Source of the DNA: Paraphysomonas bandaiensis
Lineage: Eukaryota > Protista > Chrysophyceae
Reading direction: 5' to 3'
Assembly (NCBI GenBank): GCA_965644295.1
Contig: CBFFRP010000358.1
Location: 170,064-234,063 of the forward strand
DNA length: 64,000 nt
In this document: piece after piece, positions 63,559-64,000 of the stretch
Layout of the letters: every line of letters begins with the position of its first letter
How positions within the stretch are numbered: the first letter of the stretch is position 1
Made by a program: the position numbers and the translations under genes
The notes under the pieces: model-generated
The model's database searches: none
Seen by the model: only the letters and a program-made list of their open reading frames with translations
Told to the model about the DNA's origin: nothing

Positions 63559-63869
63559 CAAAGCTGAGTCAGTCTACAAGGCGTTCTGATTACATAGTTC
63601 AAGACAGTACTGGTACCTTCGCAATAGATGGCCTTGACCAAGTCCGACAATGTGTAACATGCGAAGCTGGGTATATTAATGACCCCCTAGCCACAAACAT
63701 GGCTAATGTCAAGTTTGTCACGAAAAATAAACGCCTCTATATCCGTACAATACGTTCCATTGCTAAGGATGAAGAACTTCTCATCAACTACGGGCATCAT
63801 TATTGGTGTGATCAACGCTGGCCACTTGAGATATTAACCAGCCAGGGCTGGCATACGACAGCGACATAG
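63342..63869 (+). CDS. SET-domain lysine methyltransferase, in the -1 frame relative to ORF2 (not in the ORF track)
   Basis: Manual translation of frame 3: KGLSLYAKNTFPADVIIAEYKG..SDYIV..AIDG..AGYINDP..ANVKFV..LYIRTIRSIAKDEELLINYGHHYW, matching SET motifs GxGLFA..I.EY.G, ARFINH, N, EELxxxYG..YW. Confidence 0.85.
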   Translation, partial: PTNEPSQLTPNHDHTNDQTNSSTRYHRLGQDWSRKFYIAYADNTAKGLSLYAKNTFPADVIIAEYKGKRYPLTKLSQSTRRSDYIVQDSTGTFAIDGLDQVRQCVTCEAGYINDPLATNMANVKFVTKNKRLYIRTIRSIAKDEELLINYGHHYWCDQRWPLEILTSQGWHTTAT

Positions 63870-64000
63870 GCGGTGCCAATATCGCAGTATGGGACAGACT
63901 CCTCTGCAGACAAGAGTGGAACTCCCACAGAGACCTCCAGCAGCATCCCCAAGGATCCCTCGGGAGCAGCCATGGACCTGACTCTCCACATGGAACACAA

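Larger units (their letters stand above)
56940..64000 (+). mobile_element. Large intronless retroelement-like unit (5' part; continues past the window), ORF1 + ORF2 polyprotein
   Basis: Abrupt switch to a C/A-rich coding strand, pyrimidine-rich leader, two long tandem intronless frames with a few frameshifts, in a genome where most long genes are spliced. RT/endonuclease not seen within the window, so the class is inferred. Confidence 0.6.

Overview
Eukaryotic nuclear DNA with GT-AG introns; the gene content suggests a stramenopile-like protist (inference). Host genes: MON2, GPN1, a bacterial-type aconitase B with a mitochondrial-type presequence, a secreted Cys-rich repeat protein, a kinesin, a Crinkler-type NTPase-nuclease-HhH protein, G-protein beta, a MIC19-like CHCH protein, an alpha/beta hydrolase, a small LRR protein and ATP10. 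Eight of these form four divergent pairs, and their short promoters share the 10-mer TATACAGCAG. Between them are Ty1/copia relics and LTRs, MITEs, and two copies of a ~2 kb TIR element that carries LINE 3' fragments and a tandemly amplified exon+intron unit. The most striking feature is an intronless, retroelement-like unit from ~56.9 kb to the window end. Its ORF2 polyprotein holds three OTU-like deubiquitinase repeats (two with catalytic Cys/His) and a SET methyltransferase domain that lies in a shifted frame missed by the ORF track. The polyprotein is punctuated by two copies of a 20-aa motif ending in DNSGDG-P, which looks like a non-canonical 2A/StopGo-type processing signal. All domain calls are motif recognition by eye; no searches were run.
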